This document shows, one piece after another, positions 18,729 to 26,660 of a DNA stretch of 50,081 nt. Made by a program: the position numbers and the translations under genes. The DNA is from a virus. Lineage: Duplodnaviria > Caudoviricetes. The stretch spans positions 1 through 50,081 of the IMG/VR virus record IMGVR_UViG_3300017971_000082; one strand, 5' to 3'. The notes beneath the pieces were generated by a model. That model was given only the letters and a program-made list of their open reading frames with translations, did no database searches and had not been told where the DNA came from. Each line of letters starts with the position of its first letter. Within the stretch, counting starts at the first letter, position 1.

Positions 18729-18964
18729 CACCTCTCCGACACCGAAAGCTCGCCGGTGATCCGCTCCAAGCCGATCGACTTCGCCCATTCTTCCAGGCTC
18801 AGCAGACGGCACTTCTCGGCGATGTTCAGACGGCCTCGAAGCGCTCCACGCCGAAGGTGGAGAAGCTCGTTCGTCAGGCTACGCTGCAGGAGGAAGTTCC
18901 AAGCGGCGCTGTAGCGCCGCTCGAACTCGATCCAGTCCTCCTCGTGAATGAACCGGATATCCAT
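18728..18964 (-). CDS. Hypothetical protein
   Basis: GAGGAGG RBS; tiles with its neighbours. Confidence 0.6.
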   Translation of the reverse strand: MDIRFIHEEDWIEFERRYSAAWNFLLQRSLTNELLHLRRGALRGRLNIAEKCRLLSLEEWAKSIGLERITGELSVSER

Positions 18965-18965
18965 C

Positions 18966-19178
18966 TCATTGCCTCCTCGGCGGCGGATCGACATACAGGT
19001 TGTGGCGAATGTCGCTCTGTATCAGGCTCAGCCTGCAATCGTGGCAGCTGGCCGTCTCCCTGGCGACCCTCAGGGTCTTCACCCTTGTGACTGGCCGCTT
19101 GGTCCGTCGCCGCCCCGCCGCACAGTGGCGGCAGAGCGACTCCCCGTTGAGCGTTGAGTCGATGACGACCCACCGCAC
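18966..19178 (-). CDS. Small Zn-finger protein
   Basis: CRHC...CHDC; tiles with its neighbours. Confidence 0.55.
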   Translation of the reverse strand: MRWVVIDSTLNGESLCRHCAAGRRRTKRPVTRVKTLRVARETASCHDCRLSLIQSDIRHNLYVDPPPRRQ

Positions 19179-19179
19179 C

Positions 19180-19485
19180 TCAGCGACCCTCCAGCCTCGC
19201 TACCGTGGCAAACTCGGTGGTCTCGTCGGCTCGCCAGCCCTCGTTGTCCTCCGGACGCTCGATCCAGTACCAGAGCAGGCTGCCAGCATCGAAGGGCGGT
19301 TTGGCGTTGGCGTCCCGGCAGAACCAGCGAACCAGATCGTTCTCGTCGCCGATCGCCGTCGCCCTCGTCTCTCCACCGTTGTCTCGGACCGTCTGAATGC
19401 CACGAACGCTCATCCCGTGGCGTCGAGCGTTGCGGATCAGGGCGTCGCTATCGCCCTTCACCAGCACCATTGCTGTGATCTTCAT
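19180..19485 (-). CDS. Hypothetical protein
   Basis: Start context GGAGATGTGAGCC-ATG. Confidence 0.65.
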   Translation of the reverse strand: MKITAMVLVKGDSDALIRNARRHGMSVRGIQTVRDNGGETRATAIGDENDLVRWFCRDANAKPPFDAGSLLWYWIERPEDNEGWRADETTEFATVARLEGR

Positions 19486-19501
19486 GGCTCACATCTCCAG
19501 G

Positions 19502-19521
19502 AAAAGGGGGCTCTCGCCCCC
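19502..19521 (-). terminator. Possible intrinsic terminator
   Basis: Minus strand GGGGG-CGAGAG-CCCCC-TTTT just after the upstream stop codon. Confidence 0.45.
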
Positions 19522-19537
19522 GGTTGACGGGGCCAGC

Positions 19538-19915
19538 CTACTTGGGCTGGAGGGCTGCCATCGCTTCTGCAACGGCCTTGGCAATCATCGATCCCAGATC
19601 GGCAGGCTCTTCGACCTTCGCAGTCCTCGCCGCCTTGGGAGCTACCTTCTTCGCCGACTTCGGCTTGGTCGCCTTGGGCTTGGACTCCTCCACCTCGGGA
19701 TACTTCGCCGACTGCTTCTCCAGGAAGCAGCTGATGTGCCAGCACATCGCTCGGCCATATCCTCCGCTGAAGAGATGCCCGTCTCCCGCTTCGACCACCT
19801 CACCACACTCCCTGCAGACATCCCGTCTGCTGTTCGGACGGTGGACGATCTCCACGTCGGACTTGCCCTGACGCTCCCAAGACCATACGGTGAAGGTACG
19901 CTTCTCGGTACGCAT
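19538..19915 (-). CDS. Zn-finger protein with a Lys/Ala-rich tail; probably the first early gene
   Basis: CRECG...WHISC; start context GGAGATGAGCCG-ATG. Confidence 0.7.
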   Translation of the reverse strand: MRTEKRTFTVWSWERQGKSDVEIVHRPNSRRDVCRECGEVVEAGDGHLFSGGYGRAMCWHISCFLEKQSAKYPEVEESKPKATKPKSAKKVAPKAARTAKVEEPADLGSMIAKAVAEAMAALQPK

Positions 19916-19959
19916 CGGCTCATCTCCGGATCGCTCTATTCCCTCAGACTCCACGATCC

Positions 19960-20660
19960 ATCAGAGCACCCTGAGGGTCGAACCAGCCCGTAGCTACCGG
20001 GATCTGGTCCGGTGAACCCCGGTCTGTCTCAGCCCCGGCGGCTCACCCCCAGCTGCCCCCCAGACTCCAGCCTCGGCCCTTCGGGCCGCCGCCGACAGCC
20101 TCGCGAACAGAGACCGCGCGAGCTAAGCTCCGGGCGCGTATACCCAGGATGAGCCGGCAGAACAGCCCCGTCCCCTTCCGTCATCCGGTAGACCCCCCAC
20201 AGGGGGGTACCGTCTGACCCCGCGCGTGGGCTGCACTGAAAGGGCTGTCCCCTCACTTGTTTGCAGGGGTTGGGTCCCATCCGGGGGTCCCATCGTGTGG
20301 GTCCCATCGTGTGGAGGGATCTCCTGGTACCGGGAGGTACGAGCGAGGGACTGTACGGTGAGCCCGTGGATAACAGGGCTATCGAGTGGGATCTTAGCCA
20401 GCGAGGATAACAGGGCTTACGAGAGCAGCCCCTGACAGGAGGTGCCAGAGGCTGCAGGAGGAGGAGGATCGCGAACGAATCGGAGAATGCGTCTGCCGAA
20501 CGCATGTTGGCGTCTTCTTCGACCGAATCCTCGGCAACCTCGGATCCGCTCTTGAAGAAAAAAAGACTCCGCCCGGGATGCTGCCTAGAATCCGCTCAGA
20601 AATCCACGGCTTTTACGTTTGTGACACAAATGTGACATCTTCTTGACATTTTGTGAGGGC
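19960..20660. other. Largest non-coding region; candidate packaging terminus and/or origin
   Basis: No credible ORF. Contains palindromes, short direct repeats, a local C-to-G skew flip and an AT-rich patch. Confidence 0.45.
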
Positions 20661-20664
20661 TTTG

Positions 20665-21000
20665 TCAGGGCGGATCATCTTGTAGGATTCCCAGGTCTTT
20701 GAGCCAGGGGTCGGAGGCCCAGTCGTTTGCGATCGCCCATTGCTCGTACTGGGAGAGTCGGCCACCCGAGCACCAGAGGGGTCTACGCGAGTAGGGACGA
20801 TGCGGGATGCGTCGGACGGGCGCGGGGATGTCGTCCAGCAGCGCGGGGTCGTCCCAGTCCTCGCATGTCCGGCATCTCTCGGAGCCCCAGTCGTCCAGGG
20901 GCTTCCAGCACTGGCACCCGGGGCAGTAGCGAGACTCCCTACCCAGGCTCATCGCGTCCGTCCAGGTAGTCCTCGCCGTCCAGGTGGTCCGGCTTGTCAC
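20665..21000 (-). CDS. Small Zn-finger protein (start possibly at 20952)
   Basis: CPGC..WKPLDDW...CRTC. Confidence 0.55.
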   Translation of the reverse strand: MTSRTTWTARTTWTDAMSLGRESRYCPGCQCWKPLDDWGSERCRTCEDWDDPALLDDIPAPVRRIPHRPYSRRPLWCSGGRLSQYEQWAIANDWASDPWLKDLGILQDDPP

Positions 21001-21227
21001 TCATCGTCGTCGGCCTCCACCTCCTGGAAGACGATCGCCTCTCTGTCCAGCTCGTAGCCCTTGAACACGCACCGGCTGATCCGCTCACACTTCGCCTCGT
21101 GAGGCTCGCCTGGGCGCTCCCGGGTAAAGAGGCGTACCTCCTTCGCTTCCAGGTACTCCTCGTCGAAGGGGATCACCAGCGCGCACCCGGTGCGGAAGAT
21201 CGCCACAACGGTCGGCGTGCTACTCAT
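20997..21227 (-). CDS. Hypothetical protein
   Basis: Overlaps both neighbours; typical codon usage. Confidence 0.55.
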   Translation of the reverse strand: MSSTPTVVAIFRTGCALVIPFDEEYLEAKEVRLFTRERPGEPHEAKCERISRCVFKGYELDREAIVFQEVEADDDE

Positions 21228-22965
21228 AATCCCCACACCCCCACTCCGAGATGTTCTCGACCCAGCCAGGACCATCAAGGCCCTGGAACCGCTGCCGAAG
21301 ATCCATGCAGATCGCCTTCGCCTTCGCCTGCTGCGGACCCGTGAAGCCCAGCATCGAGCCCTTCTGCCAGATCAGCTTCAGCGAGCTGTACGGCCACACG
21401 ATCAGAGCATCCAGGCTCGGGTGAGGCTCCCAGCCCACGTTGTGCTGCGCCGCGAGGATGATCTTGCGCATCCACCACTCGCCGCTCGGCTTCCACACGT
21501 AGGCATCCAGCAGCGCCGCTCCCAGATCCTGAGCCACCTCCCTGGCATACTGGCTCCCGAGATCCTTCCAGGCGTACAGCGCGCTGTAGAGATGGATGAT
21601 CTGCCACGCAGGAATGATGGGCTCCCCCTCGTGACCCGGCACCTGCTCGTCTTGGCGGCGAGGAACCAGCCCGTAGAGCTTCGGCTTCCAGAAGGTCGCT
21701 ACCCAACTCCAGACCTTCTGAAGATGCGTGCGGAAGGCTGCCTCGTGCCGCGACCATCCCTCACGCTTCACAACCCGGTGGCACTCAGTGAGCAGCTTCG
21801 CGCCACGCAAGAGCGATCGCATGATGTACAGATACGGGGTGTCGTATCCGCCACGCTCGATCGAGTAGTTCGGATCGTGCATCGTGTTCATCTGCTTGTA
21901 GCCAAGCTCGATGCACTGCAGCTTCGCCCACCAATCATGACCGTACCAGGCAAGCTCGGGCACCGTCGAGCCCACCCACTCGCTGCGGGGCGCCTTCATC
22001 CCCAGCACGCCCTCGCGGAAGCGGTGCCGCTCAACCTCGCTCGCGTACCTGTCCGGGCGCCCAAGGCGGTTGCGGCTGTGCCAGCTCAGAGGGCCATCGA
22101 AGTAGATCGCCCGAGGATCAGGGACCTCCAGGTAGCCCTCAGGAAGTTCCACGTGGAACGGGTAGCGGCTGTGAACCCGCAGCAACTCCGCGCGCACGCA
22201 CGCAACGCCCGTCCCGTTGATGTTGTAGATCAGCCTGGGCTCAGCATGACATCCGAAACGCTCGTCCGGACCAGATTCGTTCGGATCCTTGCGGTAGCCG
22301 AAGGTGTCGTACTCGTCGCGCGGCTCGCTCATCAGCGCGAAGTAGTCGCGCTCCACGTTCGGAGCCCAGGACAGCCGGTCCACGATCGGCTCAAGTAGAG
22401 GCTCGGTCTCGTACTCGTCGGTCAAACCGTTAGGCATCAGGATCTCGTCATAGAGTATCTGGCTGCTGTGGATGCCGAACGCGACGATGAAGTCGATCGC
22501 AAGCTCCTGCTGATCGCCAAGCAAGGTCTCTGCCGCCACGTAGGCATCGCTGAGCGGGCCATCGCCGAACGTCACGCCGTGCGCCACCTGGGTCGCAGGG
22601 CGTGAATCCACGAAGGGCTCGGGACCCTCGATGATCGCGCCGAATCGGCCCTGAATCACGCCAGGCGGCGCCACGTTGTCCGAGTTGCGGAACAACACCT
22701 GGAAGCGGCAGATAGGCGCCTGGTCCTCGCAGGTGCCAAGCAGGTCGATCTCGAAGAACTTCTCGGAGCCCACAGGGGTGCCCGGGAGGTTGACGCGCTT
22801 CTTCACGAGCAGGCACGCCTTGCCGTCGCTGTCGATCGTCCACTCGCCCACGCTCGGGAACAGTTGCTCGTCCACCAGTACCGGGGAGTACGGGCTCTGG
22901 TACAGCGCGCGGATCTTCAGCTTCGCCAGATGCTGCGCTACGTCTTCATGCCACTCGAATGTCAT
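21220..22965 (-). CDS. Large unknown protein (581 aa)
   Basis: ATG at 22965 coupled to the upstream stop codon; aromatic-rich C-terminal half; no family recognised. Confidence 0.75.
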   Translation of the reverse strand: MTFEWHEDVAQHLAKLKIRALYQSPYSPVLVDEQLFPSVGEWTIDSDGKACLLVKKRVNLPGTPVGSEKFFEIDLLGTCEDQAPICRFQVLFRNSDNVAPPGVIQGRFGAIIEGPEPFVDSRPATQVAHGVTFGDGPLSDAYVAAETLLGDQQELAIDFIVAFGIHSSQILYDEILMPNGLTDEYETEPLLEPIVDRLSWAPNVERDYFALMSEPRDEYDTFGYRKDPNESGPDERFGCHAEPRLIYNINGTGVACVRAELLRVHSRYPFHVELPEGYLEVPDPRAIYFDGPLSWHSRNRLGRPDRYASEVERHRFREGVLGMKAPRSEWVGSTVPELAWYGHDWWAKLQCIELGYKQMNTMHDPNYSIERGGYDTPYLYIMRSLLRGAKLLTECHRVVKREGWSRHEAAFRTHLQKVWSWVATFWKPKLYGLVPRRQDEQVPGHEGEPIIPAWQIIHLYSALYAWKDLGSQYAREVAQDLGAALLDAYVWKPSGEWWMRKIILAAQHNVGWEPHPSLDALIVWPYSSLKLIWQKGSMLGFTGPQQAKAKAICMDLRQRFQGLDGPGWVENISEWGCGDYE

Positions 22966-23255
22966 AGCAGCCCTTCCTTGTCGGGGGTCCAGATGCCGGG
23001 CTTCTTCTCTTCCTTGGGCTCGTCCCAGAGGATGTCCAGCGGGATCTTGTCGTGAATGTAGAAGGCGATCGGATGCTTGAGGCCCGAGAAGCCGAACTTC
23101 GCCAGGTACTCCAGCCGCACAGGAGGACCCAGGGGCTGGCGGATCTCGATCGCGTCGGGCAGCCGGCCGTCTTTCGTCTGCACCTTGGATGGTGCCCAGC
23201 GGCCGTTGTCCGTGAGGAGGATGCACTCCAACATGGGAGGTGCTTTCGCTACCAT
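22962..23255 (-). CDS. Hypothetical protein
   Basis: Start context GGAGATGAGCTG-ATG. Confidence 0.65.
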   Translation of the reverse strand: MVAKAPPMLECILLTDNGRWAPSKVQTKDGRLPDAIEIRQPLGPPVRLEYLAKFGFSGLKHPIAFYIHDKIPLDILWDEPKEEKKPGIWTPDKEGLL

Positions 23256-23282
23256 CAGCTCATCTCCGTTTGGGGGTAGGGT

Positions 23283-23765
23283 TCAGGCAGTCCTGGGGCA
23301 CCGCGCGCCCCGGATGAAGTCCAGTCTACGCTGCTCGATCCGCTTGCGATGCTCGCGATCCATCTTGCGAAGGTCCCCGAGCTTCGGAACGAACTCGTCT
23401 AGCTCCTCGATGTCCTCGGTCGCTACCTCACCCTCGCGGGTCAGGACATCGATGATCCACGGGCGACCGCCCGTGCGCCGCAGCACGTTGTGAAAGCACA
23501 GGTGGATCGCCAGGGCTTCGAGGCATCCGCAGGTCTCGCACTGCCTCGCCATCTCCAGGGTCTCGGACATCGCCGTGAGCACCCGGGAGACGAAGAATGC
23601 CTCGTTACGGGTCACCGTGAGAACCAACTCCTTCCAGAGCCCGTTCGCGTGCTTGTAGATGGCATCGCCGAAAACGAGGCGGTTGCCAGGCACGGGCTGC
23701 AGTCGAGCCCACGACCGGATCACTTCCTTCGCTTCCATCGAGAGGTTGTTCTTTGCAGCCATCAT
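23283..23765 (-). CDS. Hypothetical protein, possibly leaderless
   Basis: The ORF has a CETCGC motif. The ATG lies 7 nt after a putative -10 element. Alternative starts at 23774 and 23762. Confidence 0.6.
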   Translation of the reverse strand: MMAAKNNLSMEAKEVIRSWARLQPVPGNRLVFGDAIYKHANGLWKELVLTVTRNEAFFVSRVLTAMSETLEMARQCETCGCLEALAIHLCFHNVLRRTGGRPWIIDVLTREGEVATEDIEELDEFVPKLGDLRKMDREHRKRIEQRRLDFIRGARCPRTA

Positions 23766-23772
23766 GCCTACC

Positions 23773-23801
23773 ATATTGCCAAACCATTGACGGAGTGGCA
23801 A
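23773..23801 (-). promoter_or_regulatory. Promoter TTGCCA-N17-CAATAT at the strand divergence point
   Basis: Shares TTGCCA-N12-TTTGGCA with the 15359-15387 site. Confidence 0.5.
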
Positions 23802-23804
23802 CCC

Positions 23805-24071
23805 ATGCCGGACCTGAAATTCGATGGAGAACAAGAGCACTTCGCCTGTTCTCACGACGACCCAGAGTTTGAATTAAAGATCCGCACCTACTGGATGAAC
23901 GGACGCCCGCAGCTGGACATCCGCTGGTTCCAGAGGTTCCATACGGTCTCGGGAGGCAGATTCTGGCAGCCCACCCGCAAGGGTCTGCGGGTACCCTTCG
24001 ACATGCTCACCCTGGTCGAGAAAGGGCTCTCGATGGTCCCCAAGGATCTGGAGGAACCAGATGATCGGTAG
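23805..24071 (+). CDS. PC4/YdbC-family ssDNA-binding protein
   Basis: LDIRWF...WQPTRKGLRVP matches the PC4 signature; GGAG RBS. Confidence 0.8.
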   Translation: MPDLKFDGEQEHFACSHDDPEFELKIRTYWMNGRPQLDIRWFQRFHTVSGGRFWQPTRKGLRVPFDMLTLVEKGLSMVPKDLEEPDDR

Positions 24072-24390
24072 GAACAAGAACCCAGAACCGAAACCCTCAG
24101 AGGCGAACGAGCGCATCCGCCAGGCCCGCGCCGAGCTGCTCCTGAGCCTCAAGCCACAGGTCGAGAAGATGCAGTCCGGAGGGCTCTCGTCCGTCCAGGT
24201 GCTTCACCTGCTCCAGAACGTCCTGGCCGCCAACATGTTCGATGCCCGAGCTTCGGCCTCCAACCAGGCGGTCGCTGGCCTCCTGAGGGTCACGACCGAG
24301 GGGGCGCACTTCATGGCCGACGTGAAGGCCCTGCAGGAAGCCGTCGATGACGCGCTGAACCAGGCGACCGGCGGGGCGGCAACCAGATGA
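24061..24390 (+). CDS. Putative terminase small subunit
   Basis: Helical 109-aa protein coupled directly to TerL; called on position only. Confidence 0.5.
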   Translation: MIGRNKNPEPKPSEANERIRQARAELLLSLKPQVEKMQSGGLSSVQVLHLLQNVLAANMFDARASASNQAVAGLLRVTTEGAHFMADVKALQEAVDDALNQATGGAATR

Positions 24391-25496
24391 GGATCGAACC
24401 CGACGACCTGATCACGTTCGGCCCGTTCATGGGGTTCGGCCACGACGAGGCTCGCGAGTTCGTCGAGCGCGTCGAGTTCCGCATCCGCCGGGAGCACGAC
24501 CCGGCCCTGATCCGCAACGAAGCCTTCATCGACCTGTCGAAAAACCGCCCCCTCGAAGATCTCATCCAGCGGTGGATCTGGGTCAACTCGAAGTTCACCG
24601 GCCACACCGCGCTGCGCATGGACATGCCCCACGCTTGGGCGCAGCTCGAAGTCGTCCGCTACATCGACAAGTGCTGGAAGGACGGGCGACCGTGCCGCAT
24701 CGTGATCCTCAAGGCCCGCCGCCTGGGCATGACCACCATCTTCGTCTGCGTCTTCTTCCTCATGGCCTCGGTCATGGAGCGCATGGACTCCCTGATCATC
24801 TCGGACATCGACGAGCACGCCCGCAAGGCGAAGGACATGGCCGTCTACGCCCTCGATCACATGGTCTACGGGCCGCGATGCAAGGCCACCAAGGAAGGGA
24901 TCAAGTGGCCCAAGCCGCAGTACGGCAACCTGGACATCGAGTCCTCCGAGGGGCGCAACCCCGGGCGCGGCCTGGGTTACAACATGGTGCTCTTCGACGA
25001 GGTGGCCCACTACGTCCGGGACGCCAACAAGATCGTCTCCGACGTGATCGCCGCCGTGCCCAAGTCCGGGTTCAGCCTCATCGCCCAGAATTCCACGCCC
25101 AAGGGGGCCGGCGGGCACTTCTATCGCCTGTACCGGCGCGCGAAGAAGGAGGAGTCCGAATACAAGCACTTCTTCTTCTCCTGGCTCCGGCATCCGGCTT
25201 ACGCGATCCCGCTGCGCGATGAGGACTACCCGCGCTTCGAGAAGCTCTCCGAGCGCGAGACCTCGCTCATGGAGCACCACGGGATGAACCTGGAGCAGGC
25301 GAAATTCCGTCGCTTCGTCGTGGATACCGAGTACAACGGGCAGGAGGAGATCTTCGATCAGGAGTACCCGGTGGACGATATCTCCTGCTTTCTCCGGGCT
25401 GGCCGGCCGGTTTTCGACCCGGATACCATGTTGCTGGTTGACCAGCGCGTGTCTAAGATCGAGCCCGTCTTGCAAGGCGATTTAGTCGAGATCTGA
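24387..25496 (+). CDS. terL: Terminase large subunit, ATPase domain only
   Basis: AQ motif, Walker A ILKARRLGMTT, Walker B VLFDEVAH, coupling motif NSTPKG, FDQEYP; TGA stop before any nuclease domain. Confidence 0.9.
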   Translation: MRIEPDDLITFGPFMGFGHDEAREFVERVEFRIRREHDPALIRNEAFIDLSKNRPLEDLIQRWIWVNSKFTGHTALRMDMPHAWAQLEVVRYIDKCWKDGRPCRIVILKARRLGMTTIFVCVFFLMASVMERMDSLIISDIDEHARKAKDMAVYALDHMVYGPRCKATKEGIKWPKPQYGNLDIESSEGRNPGRGLGYNMVLFDEVAHYVRDANKIVSDVIAAVPKSGFSLIAQNSTPKGAGGHFYRLYRRAKKEESEYKHFFFSWLRHPAYAIPLRDEDYPRFEKLSERETSLMEHHGMNLEQAKFRRFVVDTEYNGQEEIFDQEYPVDDISCFLRAGRPVFDPDTMLLVDQRVSKIEPVLQGDLVEI

Positions 25497-25513
25497 CTCA
25501 GAGAGGTACCATC

Positions 25514-25729
25514 ATGAAAGGCTCAGGCGCCGCAACCCATCGCTCCGGGGCGCACTTCGACGATCGGGGCTACACCGCCCACAACTCGAAGTGTTCTCCC
25601 CCCACCTCGGGCAAGGAGAGCCACTCCTTCCCCACCCCCTCGCCGAGCGATCACTGCAACCCGAGGCTCGGGCAGTTCAAGGACGTGGCGTCCTCGGGCC
25701 AGCCGGCCGGGAAGACCAAGACGTTCTAG
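25514..25729 (+). CDS. Small Ser/Gly/Pro-rich protein between the two TerL halves
   Basis: GAGAGG RBS, genome-typical codons, 71 aa. Confidence 0.55.
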   Translation: MKGSGAATHRSGAHFDDRGYTAHNSKCSPPTSGKESHSFPTPSPSDHCNPRLGQFKDVASSGQPAGKTKTF

Positions 25730-25762
25730 GCTCGCCGGACTTCGCTACTCCGGCTCATCTCC

Positions 25763-25797
25763 AGAGCCCTACCGGAGATTCGGGCCGGTAGGGCTCT
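25763..25797 (+). terminator. Strong hairpin, terminator-like
   Basis: AGAGCCCTACCGG / CCGGTAGGGCTCT, 13-bp stem, followed by TCTT and then the ATG at 25802. Confidence 0.6.
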
Positions 25798-25801
25798 TCT
25801 T

Positions 25802-26656
25802 ATGGCATTCAAGGTCGTACCCCACCCAGACAGCCCGCTTCAGGTCTGGTTCCCACCAGACAACAAGCGGCTCTACTCGATCGGCGTCGATGTCAGCGAC
25901 GGGGGCGGGCACGGCAGCCGGTGGGGAGCCGACGCCTTCGGATCACGGCCAGCCGCTTCGACCGTCGTGGTCACCGATGCCGCCACCCGGATCCAGTGCG
26001 CGGAGTATCAGACCTGGAGCCTGCTGCCGCGCGATCTCGGGATCCTCGTCGCCCGCATGGGCCGCTGGTACAAGGGGCGCGAGACCGAAGCCTTCTGCGT
26101 GATCGAGGCCAACAAGAGCGGCATCTCGACCATCGACGCGATGCGCTACGAGGAGGGCTACTCGAACCTCTACACCCGCAGGACGTTCGATTTCGTGGCC
26201 CAGAAGTTCTCGAACAAGATCGGCTGGGAGACCACCCAGAAGACCCGGCCGGTCCTGGTGAACATCGCGAGAACCGCATACAAGGAGCTTCCGGAGATCG
26301 TCATGTCCCAGAGGCTGCAGGAGGAGATCCGATCCTTCCTGTTCCAGGAGACATCCCCAGGCTCCGGAGACTTCCGCCCCATGCACGCTCCGGGCGAGCT
26401 GGATGATCTGGTCATCGCCTGGGGACTCTCGCTGTTCGGCTGCGACTACGCCCTCGCGTCACAGCCCGAAGATCGCCCCAAGCTGGACGAGCCCCCCGAT
26501 GCCTGGGCCTGGAAGGCCACAGACCGGATACTAGACGGGCAGCGCCAGCAACGGCAGTATGGCCACCTGTACTCAGAAGACGAGCAGCCGATGGCTGCGG
26601 ACACCGAGATCATCGAGCCCGGCCAGATGCAGGTCCCGGCTTGGATGTGGGAGTAG
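25802..26656 (+). CDS. terL: Terminase large subunit, RNase H-like nuclease domain
   Basis: YSIGVDVSDG, VIEANKSG, KIGWETTQKTRP, DDLVIAWGL. Confidence 0.88.
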   Translation: MAFKVVPHPDSPLQVWFPPDNKRLYSIGVDVSDGGGHGSRWGADAFGSRPAASTVVVTDAATRIQCAEYQTWSLLPRDLGILVARMGRWYKGRETEAFCVIEANKSGISTIDAMRYEEGYSNLYTRRTFDFVAQKFSNKIGWETTQKTRPVLVNIARTAYKELPEIVMSQRLQEEIRSFLFQETSPGSGDFRPMHAPGELDDLVIAWGLSLFGCDYALASQPEDRPKLDEPPDAWAWKATDRILDGQRQQRQYGHLYSEDEQPMAADTEIIEPGQMQVPAWMWE

Positions 26657-26660
26657 CGAA

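Noticed and set aside
20365-20420. I-SceI site or 23S rRNA fragment (GGATAACAGG)
   Set aside because: Only about 10-11 nt match, with no flanking similarity.
20029-20505. 158-aa minus-strand ORF
   Set aside because: No RBS, atypical composition, and it runs across DNA-level palindromes and repeats.
25497-25801. Group I/II intron or intein in terL
   Set aside because: No recognisable P7 R/S elements, group II ends or domain V, homing endonuclease, or intein termini.
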